The notes under the pieces were generated by a model, which was given only the letters and a program-made list of their open reading frames with translations, did not search any database and was not told where the DNA came from. The position numbers were made by a program, and so were the translations under genes. Source: Cyclobacteriaceae bacterium (GTDB lineage: Bacteria; Bacteroidota; Bacteroidia; Cytophagales; Cyclobacteriaceae). From it: a stretch of DNA of 17,654 nucleotides. Each line of letters starts with the position of its first letter. Position 1 is the stretch's first letter. Positions 7,439 through 14,940 of the stretch are shown here, in pieces. The DNA is taken from NCBI GenBank assembly GCA_029882725.1, contig JAOUKG010000003.1, positions 1-17,654 on the forward strand, written 5' to 3'.

Positions 7439-7555
7439 GAGACACGATACATCGTGTCTCTATTTTCCATCAAAATTGTTTATGCCCAAATGTTGAAGAC
7501 GTAGCAGGCTGGAGACGTAGCAGGCTACGTTTCTACACGTCTCTACATTTTTTTT
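7439..7555. repeat. Composite GC-rich repeat element in the SulP-CA intergenic gap. It contains a hairpin, a tandem 14-bp direct repeat, nested palindromes and a T8 tract.
   Basis: The hairpin gagacacgat-ac-atcgtgtctc at 7439..7460 has a perfect 10-bp stem. The tandem direct repeat agacgtagcaggct is at 7497..7510 and 7513..7526 (16-bp period). The perfect palindrome acgtagc-ag-gctacgt is at 7515..7530. The outer inverted repeat gagacgt (7512..7518) / acgtctc (7537..7543) is followed by taca and T8 at 7548..7555, which overlaps the SulP stop codon. Confidence 0.5.
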
Positions 7556-9128
7556 AATAATCGGCGGTTTGTATTTCTCCTCTATTGATAAGGTTTACTT
7601 CAATTCCTTTACTCTTTGCCGTGCTATTGAAATTGTCAATAATCTCCAGCACATCGTAATCTATACTCACAGACTTACCCATATCAATGGTAAGCTTTGT
7701 TCCGTTGGGAAGTGCATTCAATTCTTGAAGGATTGCACCCTTATTAATAAAACTCACTTCTTCGGCCAAGGTCATTTTCACTTTATGATGACCATTGTCT
7801 ACAATTTCCTGATGTAAAAAATGCGAGTTTTTGAAACTATTACGAAGTATCATCACCACTCCTACAATCACACCCATTGCAATACCTCTTAGTAAGTCTG
7901 TAAATACAATACCCAAAATGGTAACTATAAATGGTGTAAACTGACTCCATCCTAAATTGTACATCTGCTTAAACAAACTCGGTTTTGCCAATTTATACCC
8001 AACAATTAAAAGAATAGAAGCAAGTACTGCCAGAGGTATCATATTCAAAACAAAGGGAATCGAGGCAACACATATTAGCAGAAAAATTCCATGAAATATA
8101 GCAGAAAGCTTGGATTGCCCACCCGATTGTATATTAGCTGAACTTCGTACTATTACTTGTGTAATGGGTAAACCTCCAATAAGCCCTGAAAGAACATTTC
8201 CTGCTCCCTGAGCAAGTAATTCTCTGTTTGTATTTGTAATTCTTTTTTGAGGATCCAACTTATCTGTTGCCTCCACACATAAAAGTGTTTCTAAACTGGC
8301 TACCACAGCTATTGTAATCGCTATAATCCAGATTTCTGAACTAAAAATATACGAGAAGTCGGGGAATTTAAATTGATTTATAAATCCTGAGAAATTTTCC
8401 GCAACAGGCACACTTACCAAATGTTGTTCTTCTATAGCAAGGTCCGGGAAGTACACTTTGGAAATCATTTGATAGGCAATACCAATAACTACAGCTACTA
8501 ACGGCCCTTGTATCAAATTAAAAATTTTGTGTCTATGCGATAAAAACTTATCCCAGGTAAGTAAAATTGTCAAAGAAATTATACTTACAATTACTGCCCC
8601 CGGTGATATATAATTAAACATGTTCAATAGCTCTGAAAAAGTATTCTGGCCATCAACTTGCTGAAATGCGAAATCACCTTCATAATCACCGTCATATCCT
8701 AATGTATGGGGTATTTGCTTTAAAATGATTATAATTCCGATGCCTGTAAGCATCCCTTTTATCACAGAGGAGGGAAAATAATAGCCAATTACACCGCCTT
8801 TAAGTAACCCCATAACCATCTGAAGTATTCCTGCCAGCACAACTGCAACCAAAAAAGCTTCAAAAACTTCTAATGAATTAATAGCAGTTAATACAATTAC
8901 TGCCAACCCTGCCGCCGGGCCACTTACACCCAAAGCTGAATTACTTAGTGCTCCCACTAAAATTCCCCCCACTATTCCAGCAATCAACCCGGAAAAAAGT
9001 GGAGCTCCACTAGCAAGTGCTATTCCAAGACATAAAGGAAGTGCTACAAAAAACACAACAATACTTGCGGGCAAGTCCTGTCGTACGTTTGAAAATAAAC
9101 CATTCTTCTTTTTCGTTTCACTCATCAT
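7554..9128 (-). CDS. SulP-family anion transporter (sulfate permease/bicarbonate transporter family) with a C-terminal STAS domain
   Basis: 524 aa, ATG at 9128..9126. The N-terminal LPASIVVFFVALPLCLGIALASGAPLFSGLIAGIVGGILVGALSNS is the classic SulP start. There is a polytopic core and a C-terminal STAS-like segment (...VKMTLAEEVSFINKGAILQELNALPNGTKLTIDM...). It lies directly upstream of, and co-directional with, the beta-carbonic anhydrase. Confidence 0.9.
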   Translation of the reverse strand: MMSETKKKNGLFSNVRQDLPASIVVFFVALPLCLGIALASGAPLFSGLIAGIVGGILVGALSNSALGVSGPAAGLAVIVLTAINSLEVFEAFLVAVVLAGILQMVMGLLKGGVIGYYFPSSVIKGMLTGIGIIIILKQIPHTLGYDGDYEGDFAFQQVDGQNTFSELLNMFNYISPGAVIVSIISLTILLTWDKFLSHRHKIFNLIQGPLVAVVIGIAYQMISKVYFPDLAIEEQHLVSVPVAENFSGFINQFKFPDFSYIFSSEIWIIAITIAVVASLETLLCVEATDKLDPQKRITNTNRELLAQGAGNVLSGLIGGLPITQVIVRSSANIQSGGQSKLSAIFHGIFLLICVASIPFVLNMIPLAVLASILLIVGYKLAKPSLFKQMYNLGWSQFTPFIVTILGIVFTDLLRGIAMGVIVGVVMILRNSFKNSHFLHQEIVDNGHHKVKMTLAEEVSFINKGAILQELNALPNGTKLTIDMGKSVSIDYDVLEIIDNFNSTAKSKGIEVNLINRGEIQTADY

Positions 9129-9209
9129 TATAGATAATTAATTTATCTACAATAATAGGGTAGCTACATTAAATTGAAATTAGTACAACATTAAAATGAG
9201 ATTAGAATT

Positions 9210-10559
9210 TCAATTTGGAATACAAACCGTAATTATTGTGCCCTTATCCAACTTAGATTGGACGTCTAAAGTTCCCTTATGAAGATTAATTATTTTAGCA
9301 CTTAGTGACAGGCCTACTCCCGATCCTTTTATCCCCATTGCATTGTTCCCTCTATAGAATGGCGTAAAGATTTTTTCAAGGTCGTTTTCTGAAATGCCCA
9401 TGCCCGAATCTTTAATAATTAATTGAATTTGATTATTAACCCTACTCAGCCCAACTTCCACAGGCCCATTAAGAGAAAATTTGCAAGCATTATCAAATAA
9501 ATTAATAATGGCCGTTTTCAGTAAATTGGTATTGCCATGAATTTTGTAATCACTATTTATTGCCTTATCATCAACTTCTAACACAATTTGATTATCTGGA
9601 TTTATAAAATCGAAACCATCCTTAATTTCAGTTAATAACTGATCCAATTGAATGGCTTCAAATTGAATACTTTCCTCATTGGCCGTAACTTTAGATAATT
9701 GTAGTAGGTTGTTTACTGTATGAGTAAGAGATTCAGCCTCAGTAAGAATAATTCGGAGAGATTCTATATATTCATTATTCGTTCTCGATTTACTAAGAGC
9801 AATTTCCGCTTCACCCATAATGGCCGTTAGGGGATTTTTTATTTCGTGCGAAGCATTTCTTATAAAAGCCTTTTGTGCTTCAAAAGACTCTTCCAATCTA
9901 TCGAGCAATTTATTAAATGCGATGGCCATTTTTCCTAATTCATCGGTAGGGCTATGAACATTTAATCGTTGATGTAAATTGGATGCACTTATCGAATTTG
10001 CCTTATCTATTTTTTTTGAAATAGGAGTTAAGGCTTTTTTTGTAATAATGAAAGTCCCTAAAAAAACGAATGGAATTCCCAGCAAAACCGAAAGTATAAT
10101 AATGTTCTTTAAAAAAGACAGATATTGGAATCCTACTTTATCAATTGCAGTTACTATAATAAGGTATCTTTTCCCTTTTACCTGAAAAATCCTACTTGTG
10201 CCCTGCATACTTTTGCTTTCAAAATCAATAGAATCATTTTCTGCCAAATCAGCTAATATATTTTTCGGATAATTGTATTTAAAATCCGGCATACTATCTT
10301 CCTGAATGAGAATAACTTCTTCTGTTTCTTCAGGCAAGGTGTGGAGAAATTGATCTGTTATTTTTTCTAGTTCCTGAGGGGAAAATGATTCCTTTTCCAA
10401 AAATATTTTTTCGGTAATCAAAACCCGTTCTTTTAATCTTATCTGGAAAACCTGAGCCCTGTAGTTTGAAGAAAACAAATAGATGGTTGTGCCAAATAGT
10501 ATAAAAATTGCGCTGGCAATAGAAGAAGATGAAACCGAAAGGCGAGTACTTATTTTCAT
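9210..10559 (-). CDS. Two-component sensor histidine kinase: 2 TM helices, HAMP, HisKA and HATPase_c domains
   Basis: 449 aa, ATG at 10559..10557. TM1 is near the N-terminus and TM2 is IIILSVLLGIPFVFLGTFIIT. The H-box is IRNASHEIKNPLTAIMGEAEIAL. The N/G boxes are NLFDNACKFS ... DSGMGISENDLEKIFTPFYRG ... GSGVGLSLSAKIINLHKG. It starts 4 nt after the response-regulator stop. Confidence 0.9.
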   Translation of the reverse strand: MKISTRLSVSSSSIASAIFILFGTTIYLFSSNYRAQVFQIRLKERVLITEKIFLEKESFSPQELEKITDQFLHTLPEETEEVILIQEDSMPDFKYNYPKNILADLAENDSIDFESKSMQGTSRIFQVKGKRYLIIVTAIDKVGFQYLSFLKNIIILSVLLGIPFVFLGTFIITKKALTPISKKIDKANSISASNLHQRLNVHSPTDELGKMAIAFNKLLDRLEESFEAQKAFIRNASHEIKNPLTAIMGEAEIALSKSRTNNEYIESLRIILTEAESLTHTVNNLLQLSKVTANEESIQFEAIQLDQLLTEIKDGFDFINPDNQIVLEVDDKAINSDYKIHGNTNLLKTAIINLFDNACKFSLNGPVEVGLSRVNNQIQLIIKDSGMGISENDLEKIFTPFYRGNNAMGIKGSGVGLSLSAKIINLHKGTLDVQSKLDKGTIITVCIPN

Positions 10560-10562
10560 TGG

Positions 10563-11243
10563 TTAATCTTTAATAATGTACCCCATCCCTATTACTGTTT
10601 TAATAATTTTGGATGAAAAACCATGTTCTATTTTCTTACGGAGGTAATTTATATATACATCAATAACATTTGTACCGAGATCAAACTCTACTTCCCAAAC
10701 ATTTTCAAGAATATCGGTTCTGGAAACAACTCTGTTTTTATTTAATAGTAAGTATTCCAAAAGCCTGAATTCTTTAGCTGTGAGTATAATTTCCACGCCT
10801 CCTCTTTTCACCTCTTTTGATTTAAGGTTTACTTCAAGTTCTTGAACTCTTAATATATGGGATGTTTTTTTTGGCCCTGAAGTATTTCTACGTGTAAGGG
10901 CCGTCAATCTGGCGAGAAGTTCCTTGAATTTAAATGGTTTGGGCAGGTAGTCATCTGCACCTGTTTCTAATCCTGTTACAATATCATCTGTTGAACCCAA
11001 AGCTGTTAACATCAAAATGGGAGTTGAAACGCCGTGGATATTTTTTAATCGGTCGCATACCTCCATCCCATTCATGCCTGGCATTACCACATCCAATATT
11101 ATGGCATCAAAATCTTCCTGGTAGCCCAACTTAAGACCTACAACTCCATCGTATGCTTGAACAACCGTATTACCTTGCTCTTCCAACCCCCTTTTTATAA
11201 AGGAAGAAACTCTTTCCTCATCTTCAATCAAGAGTATTTTCAT
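10563..11243 (-). CDS. OmpR/PhoB-family response regulator (receiver plus winged-helix DNA-binding domain)
   Basis: 226 aa, ATG at 11243..11241. The receiver is MKILLIEDEERV...DAIILDVVMPGMNGMEVCDRLK...PILMLTA. The C-terminal winged helix is ...RLLEYLLLNKNRVVSRTDILENVWEVEFDLGTNVIDVYINYLRKKI. Confidence 0.9.
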   Translation of the reverse strand: MKILLIEDEERVSSFIKRGLEEQGNTVVQAYDGVVGLKLGYQEDFDAIILDVVMPGMNGMEVCDRLKNIHGVSTPILMLTALGSTDDIVTGLETGADDYLPKPFKFKELLARLTALTRRNTSGPKKTSHILRVQELEVNLKSKEVKRGGVEIILTAKEFRLLEYLLLNKNRVVSRTDILENVWEVEFDLGTNVIDVYINYLRKKIEHGFSSKIIKTVIGMGYIIKD

Positions 11244-11287
11244 AGGTAAAAGGTTTACTAAGTATAAAGTGTTTTTTTGATTTGATG

Positions 11288-11294
11288 CAAATTA
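11288..11294 (-). promoter_or_regulatory. Candidate Bacteroidota-type -7 promoter element (TAnnTTTG) for the RR-HK operon
   Basis: The minus strand reads TAATTTG about 44 nt upstream of the response-regulator ATG. The call rests on this motif alone. Confidence 0.2.
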
Positions 11295-11582
11295 CGGAAA
11301 TTCTTAAGTCGAAATCGAATAAGGATTTATTTTAAAAATAGATTCACTTACTCAAAGATCATTTTTACCAAGTTATAGCCTAAATAAGCACTTGGCATTA
11401 CTGTAATCATAACTAAAACCATTTATTGTGCTTTGCGATTTGGTTCAAACTGTGCCTCATGAAGTGAATTCTTGAATATCTTAATTCATCTAATCCGTGC
11501 CACCCCAGAATGTGAAAAGAAATGTAATAACAATAACAATATATCTAAAAATATTTATTACTCTTAAATTTTATGTGGCATT

Positions 11583-12626
11583 TTACCTACTCGGAATATG
11601 TCGTTCCATAAATAAACCTACAGAATTATTCCATAAATTTATATTACTGTTCCTTTTAGAATTTAAAGCATTATTTGTTTCGTTAAATCTATTGACGCCC
11701 TTATTATACTTGTTTAAGACATCGTTATAATTTTTTATTTCTTCATTTGTTGGAGACATTCTACCTTTAGCTTCCATCTTTTTTGTCATCTTTTCATATT
11801 CCTCTGCTAGTAATAGGAAATCAGCTAATATGGGGATTTTAGATTCTGCTTCACTTTTGTAAAAAGCCAACATTTTATTACAAGCAGCATTTATTGAGTT
11901 ATCCCCTTCAAAATGTCTTAAAACACCAAGTGATGCAATACCTTCATCAGAGACAGTTATTAGAGCATTTCTATTTTGTTCAATCGCATTAATATCATTT
12001 CTTTTTAACGCATCCATTAAATATAATTCCTGTTTGAAGGCCTTAAAAAAAATTAAATAGACTTGATTATAATATTTTAAAACTTCGGAAGAGCGCTTTA
12101 ATTTTATACTTATTTTATTCTGGCCTGAAACCAGATTTACTCCATACTTACTCGCAAATGCTTTGTATTGATTTTCCATTATTTCTGAAGCAATTTCGAG
12201 TTTTTCATTGGCTTTTTCTTGTGCGAGAAGGAAGGCTTCCATCAGGTCATACGATTCTTCAGCAACTTCCTCCAAATCTACTATTTTGGAAAAATCATTA
12301 TTCAAAACATTAAACTCCAATGTTAAAAATGAAACTACTGAATCCCTTAAGCTATAATCATTGTCAAAACCCCTCATATTACTGACAGAAATAATTGATT
12401 TTCTTACTTCATTTATTAAATCAATTCTTTTCTTCTCAACCCTTTTGGCACTCTTACTATGCGCCATGGTACTTGTATAATCCCACATTTGTTTTTCAAT
12501 GTCTTGATACTGCTCATTTATTAATTGTAAATAAGATACTGCATCTTTGGCTGTTTGTGAGTATGAAGGAATTACTACAGATAAAATGAGACTAAGAATA
12601 CTGTATTTTAATACTTTTACTGCCAT
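11583..12626 (-). CDS. Secreted, predominantly alpha-helical hypothetical protein of unknown function
   Basis: The track ORF 11583..12632 begins with TTG. The ATG at 12626..12624 gives MAVKVLKYSILSLILSVVIPSYSQ, a signal peptide. The remaining ~320 aa are rich in K/E/N/L with heptad-like stretches. I recognise no catalytic motif. The start lies 2 nt downstream of the S41 peptidase stop (TGA at 12631..12629). Confidence 0.6.
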   Translation of the reverse strand: MAVKVLKYSILSLILSVVIPSYSQTAKDAVSYLQLINEQYQDIEKQMWDYTSTMAHSKSAKRVEKKRIDLINEVRKSIISVSNMRGFDNDYSLRDSVVSFLTLEFNVLNNDFSKIVDLEEVAEESYDLMEAFLLAQEKANEKLEIASEIMENQYKAFASKYGVNLVSGQNKISIKLKRSSEVLKYYNQVYLIFFKAFKQELYLMDALKRNDINAIEQNRNALITVSDEGIASLGVLRHFEGDNSINAACNKMLAFYKSEAESKIPILADFLLLAEEYEKMTKKMEAKGRMSPTNEEIKNYNDVLNKYNKGVNRFNETNNALNSKRNSNINLWNNSVGLFMERHIPSR

Positions 12627-12628
12627 GT

Positions 12629-14704
12629 TCAATTCTTTTTAAGGGATTTATAATCATTTAAAATTTTGTATGTTTCTTCAATATATGGATCTGATACTAT
12701 TGACTTAGAAAGGTGTGAATACAAATCTCTGTAATACGTATATACCTTTAACATCTCCTTCTCTTTTTGTAACAATTCTATGGTAAAGGAGCCAGATTCA
12801 GTATTAGTTATTGAATCCATAATTTCCTCAATCATTTCAATTTGCTTTTTAATTTGATAGTATTTATTAAAACTTAAGGGAAAATAACCTTCAGTCATTT
12901 TTAAGGTATTTATAAGACTATCTATGGATTTCAGTTTTTTAAACTTTTCGTTATTATTTATCCTGTTTTTTGATATTTCTGAAAGGGAATCAATAGGAAG
13001 AGTTGGCAAAGGATAGTAATATGTTTTTTTCACAATAGAATCGGGAAAGTTTTGTCTTTGTGCATGTCTCTTTTTAAATAAAGATGAATGAGTATAAACT
13101 GGTAAAGTTATATCTGGAGCAATTCCTTTCTTATAATAGGAGTTCCCTGTAACACGATAATACTTATTTGTAGTCAGTTTTAGTGTGTTTTTATTATCTG
13201 AATTAAACTGTAGAAGAGACTGTCCGGTTGCCTTTCCATAAGTAGTATCTCCAATTATAATTGCGCGATTATAATCCTGTAATACTGCTGCAACCATTTC
13301 TGAAGCTGATGCACTGTGACTATTTACCATCAAAGCCAAAGGATCGGAATATAAAATTCCTCTATTGAAATCTTTAATAAGTTTAAGTTCATTATTAATA
13401 TTTTGGGAAACAGAAAATGTACCATAATCGACGAATATTCCGGCTAAATCAATGGCTTCTTTTAATGATCCCCCTGAATTATTTCTTAAATCAATTATTA
13501 AAGATTCAATGTTTTCTTTTTTTAAATAAAATATTGCTCTACCAACATCTTGAGCACACCCAAACGCATTTTGCTCATCCCATGAAGTATAAAATGCGGG
13601 TAAAATAATATAGCCCACTTTGGTTTCCCCATTGAGTATGAATGCTTGAACAGAATTTTCTTTATTTTCCATCGTTTCGCGATAAACATCGACTTTTTTT
13701 GTCGAATTATCGGCCTTTAAAAGGGTGATAGTGAGCTTTTCGCTTGTAATTGACGCTATAAATTCATGGACTTCATCAAATTGTGCTCTTTCTACAGATA
13801 AGGTTTTGATATTTTCAACTTCAAGTTTTAACACCTTATCCCCGGCATTTATTTGACCTGTTCTCCATGAATAACTTCCAGGAATGACGGAAGCGATAAC
13901 AATTTCTCCCTTATTATTCGTTTCTAACTGAAAGCCAAAATAATTCGAATTGGACGATAATTGTTCCTTAAAACTACTAAAAGATTCATCAGAAAACACA
14001 AAACTATGTTGGTCGTATTGAACTAACATACTATTTATGAAGGCACTGTATATATAATTTTCCAACTTGCCTTTTGCATTTAATGTATTATTGAATTGTT
14101 CAATTTTCTTGTTTACCACATTTATTTTAATAGAATCTATGTAGCTATTAAGCAGTGTTGTTTTATTAAAAGTATCAAATTTGCTTGTGGACTCTAACAC
14201 ATTCTGGATAATAATTGCTTTGATATAATTTCTACACCTTTTCTCTTTATCAAGAGTATAATATTGAATATTTGATTCATCCCCAATATACATCGAATCT
14301 GACTCGTCAAAGTTGAGGTTTTGGGTCGTAAATTTTTCAAGGGTCACAATTGTATTTTCAAGATTTCCCTTATATAGTTTCGAAATTTCATTTTGAATTG
14401 AACAGAATGAGGACAACAAATCTTTATTTACCGATTGTTGAATTAAATCAAACAATACCATATCCTTAGAGTTAAAAATAATTGAGTACGGATCCAGAAT
14501 ACTTAGAAAACTCTTTTGGAATTGTTCAATGTTAAAGCTATCTGTCTTTATAGGGTACAAAGAATTTTCATTATACAACTCAATTGTATTTCTGGATAAA
14601 TCACAATTATTGTTTTGTTGAGAAAAACAGAGTTTGACGTAAAAAGCAGTAAAGAATAAAATTAAGAAAAACCTCATATTCCTCGTTAAATTAAAAGTAT
14701 ACAT
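12629..14704 (-). CDS. S41-family serine peptidase (C-terminal processing / tail-specific protease type) with a PDZ domain and an N-terminal signal peptide
   Basis: 691 aa, ATG at 14704..14702; an alternative start is M10 (MRFFLILFFTAFYVKLCFSQQ). The PDZ-like segment is GFQLETNNKGEIVIASVIPGSYSWRTGQINAGDKVLKLE. The S41 catalytic block is LIIDLRNNSGGSLKEAIDLAGIF, with a downstream Lys in ...TTYGKATGQS. Confidence 0.8.
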   Translation of the reverse strand: MYTFNLTRNMRFFLILFFTAFYVKLCFSQQNNNCDLSRNTIELYNENSLYPIKTDSFNIEQFQKSFLSILDPYSIIFNSKDMVLFDLIQQSVNKDLLSSFCSIQNEISKLYKGNLENTIVTLEKFTTQNLNFDESDSMYIGDESNIQYYTLDKEKRCRNYIKAIIIQNVLESTSKFDTFNKTTLLNSYIDSIKINVVNKKIEQFNNTLNAKGKLENYIYSAFINSMLVQYDQHSFVFSDESFSSFKEQLSSNSNYFGFQLETNNKGEIVIASVIPGSYSWRTGQINAGDKVLKLEVENIKTLSVERAQFDEVHEFIASITSEKLTITLLKADNSTKKVDVYRETMENKENSVQAFILNGETKVGYIILPAFYTSWDEQNAFGCAQDVGRAIFYLKKENIESLIIDLRNNSGGSLKEAIDLAGIFVDYGTFSVSQNINNELKLIKDFNRGILYSDPLALMVNSHSASASEMVAAVLQDYNRAIIIGDTTYGKATGQSLLQFNSDNKNTLKLTTNKYYRVTGNSYYKKGIAPDITLPVYTHSSLFKKRHAQRQNFPDSIVKKTYYYPLPTLPIDSLSEISKNRINNNEKFKKLKSIDSLINTLKMTEGYFPLSFNKYYQIKKQIEMIEEIMDSITNTESGSFTIELLQKEKEMLKVYTYYRDLYSHLSKSIVSDPYIEETYKILNDYKSLKKN

Positions 14705-14940
14705 GTTCAGGAGTAAAGGTTGTGTCCACTTTTACATCCTTTTCTTTAAAGATAAATAAATATTATTATTTTACTGCTATTTATTGGTTGTTTTAAGAAA
14801 ATTGATTTTAAACTATGAAATATAGATTTCTTGGTTGCCAAATTTAGTTTATTGAACACTTTTTTGATCTGTCACTAGCGGTACGGACCAATACACTAGA
14901 GACAAACGGCATGGCTGTTTGGCCAGTTTTATGTAGCTTA

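Noticed and set aside
7497-7526. Tandem direct repeat considered as a possible CRISPR array
   Set aside because: It has only two 14-bp copies with a 2-bp spacer. There are no cas genes and no repeat-spacer periodicity.
7366-7557. 63-aa Cys-rich plus-strand ORF (MCFFCMCSHLNLISLWCFN...) spanning the SulP-CA spacer
   Set aside because: It starts inside the carbonic anhydrase coding region on the opposite strand. The rest is a translation of the palindromic and tandem repeat DNA. The Cys richness comes from the repeated tgt/tgc words in the repeat. I saw no supporting start context.
11362-11422. 24-aa minus-strand micro-ORF (MVLVMITVMPSAYLGYNLVKMIFE) in the 339-bp gap upstream of the response regulator
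   Set aside because: It is too short, has no recognisable motif, and lies in a likely promoter or leader region. It cannot be supported without ribosome-profiling data.
14860-14940. Imperfect dyad caaacggc-at-ggctgtttg and a repeated cactag word downstream of the Kef-type antiporter gene
   Set aside because: The stem is imperfect (7 of 8) with no T-tract. The repeats are short and not clearly beyond chance. It is possibly a weak terminator but cannot be supported.
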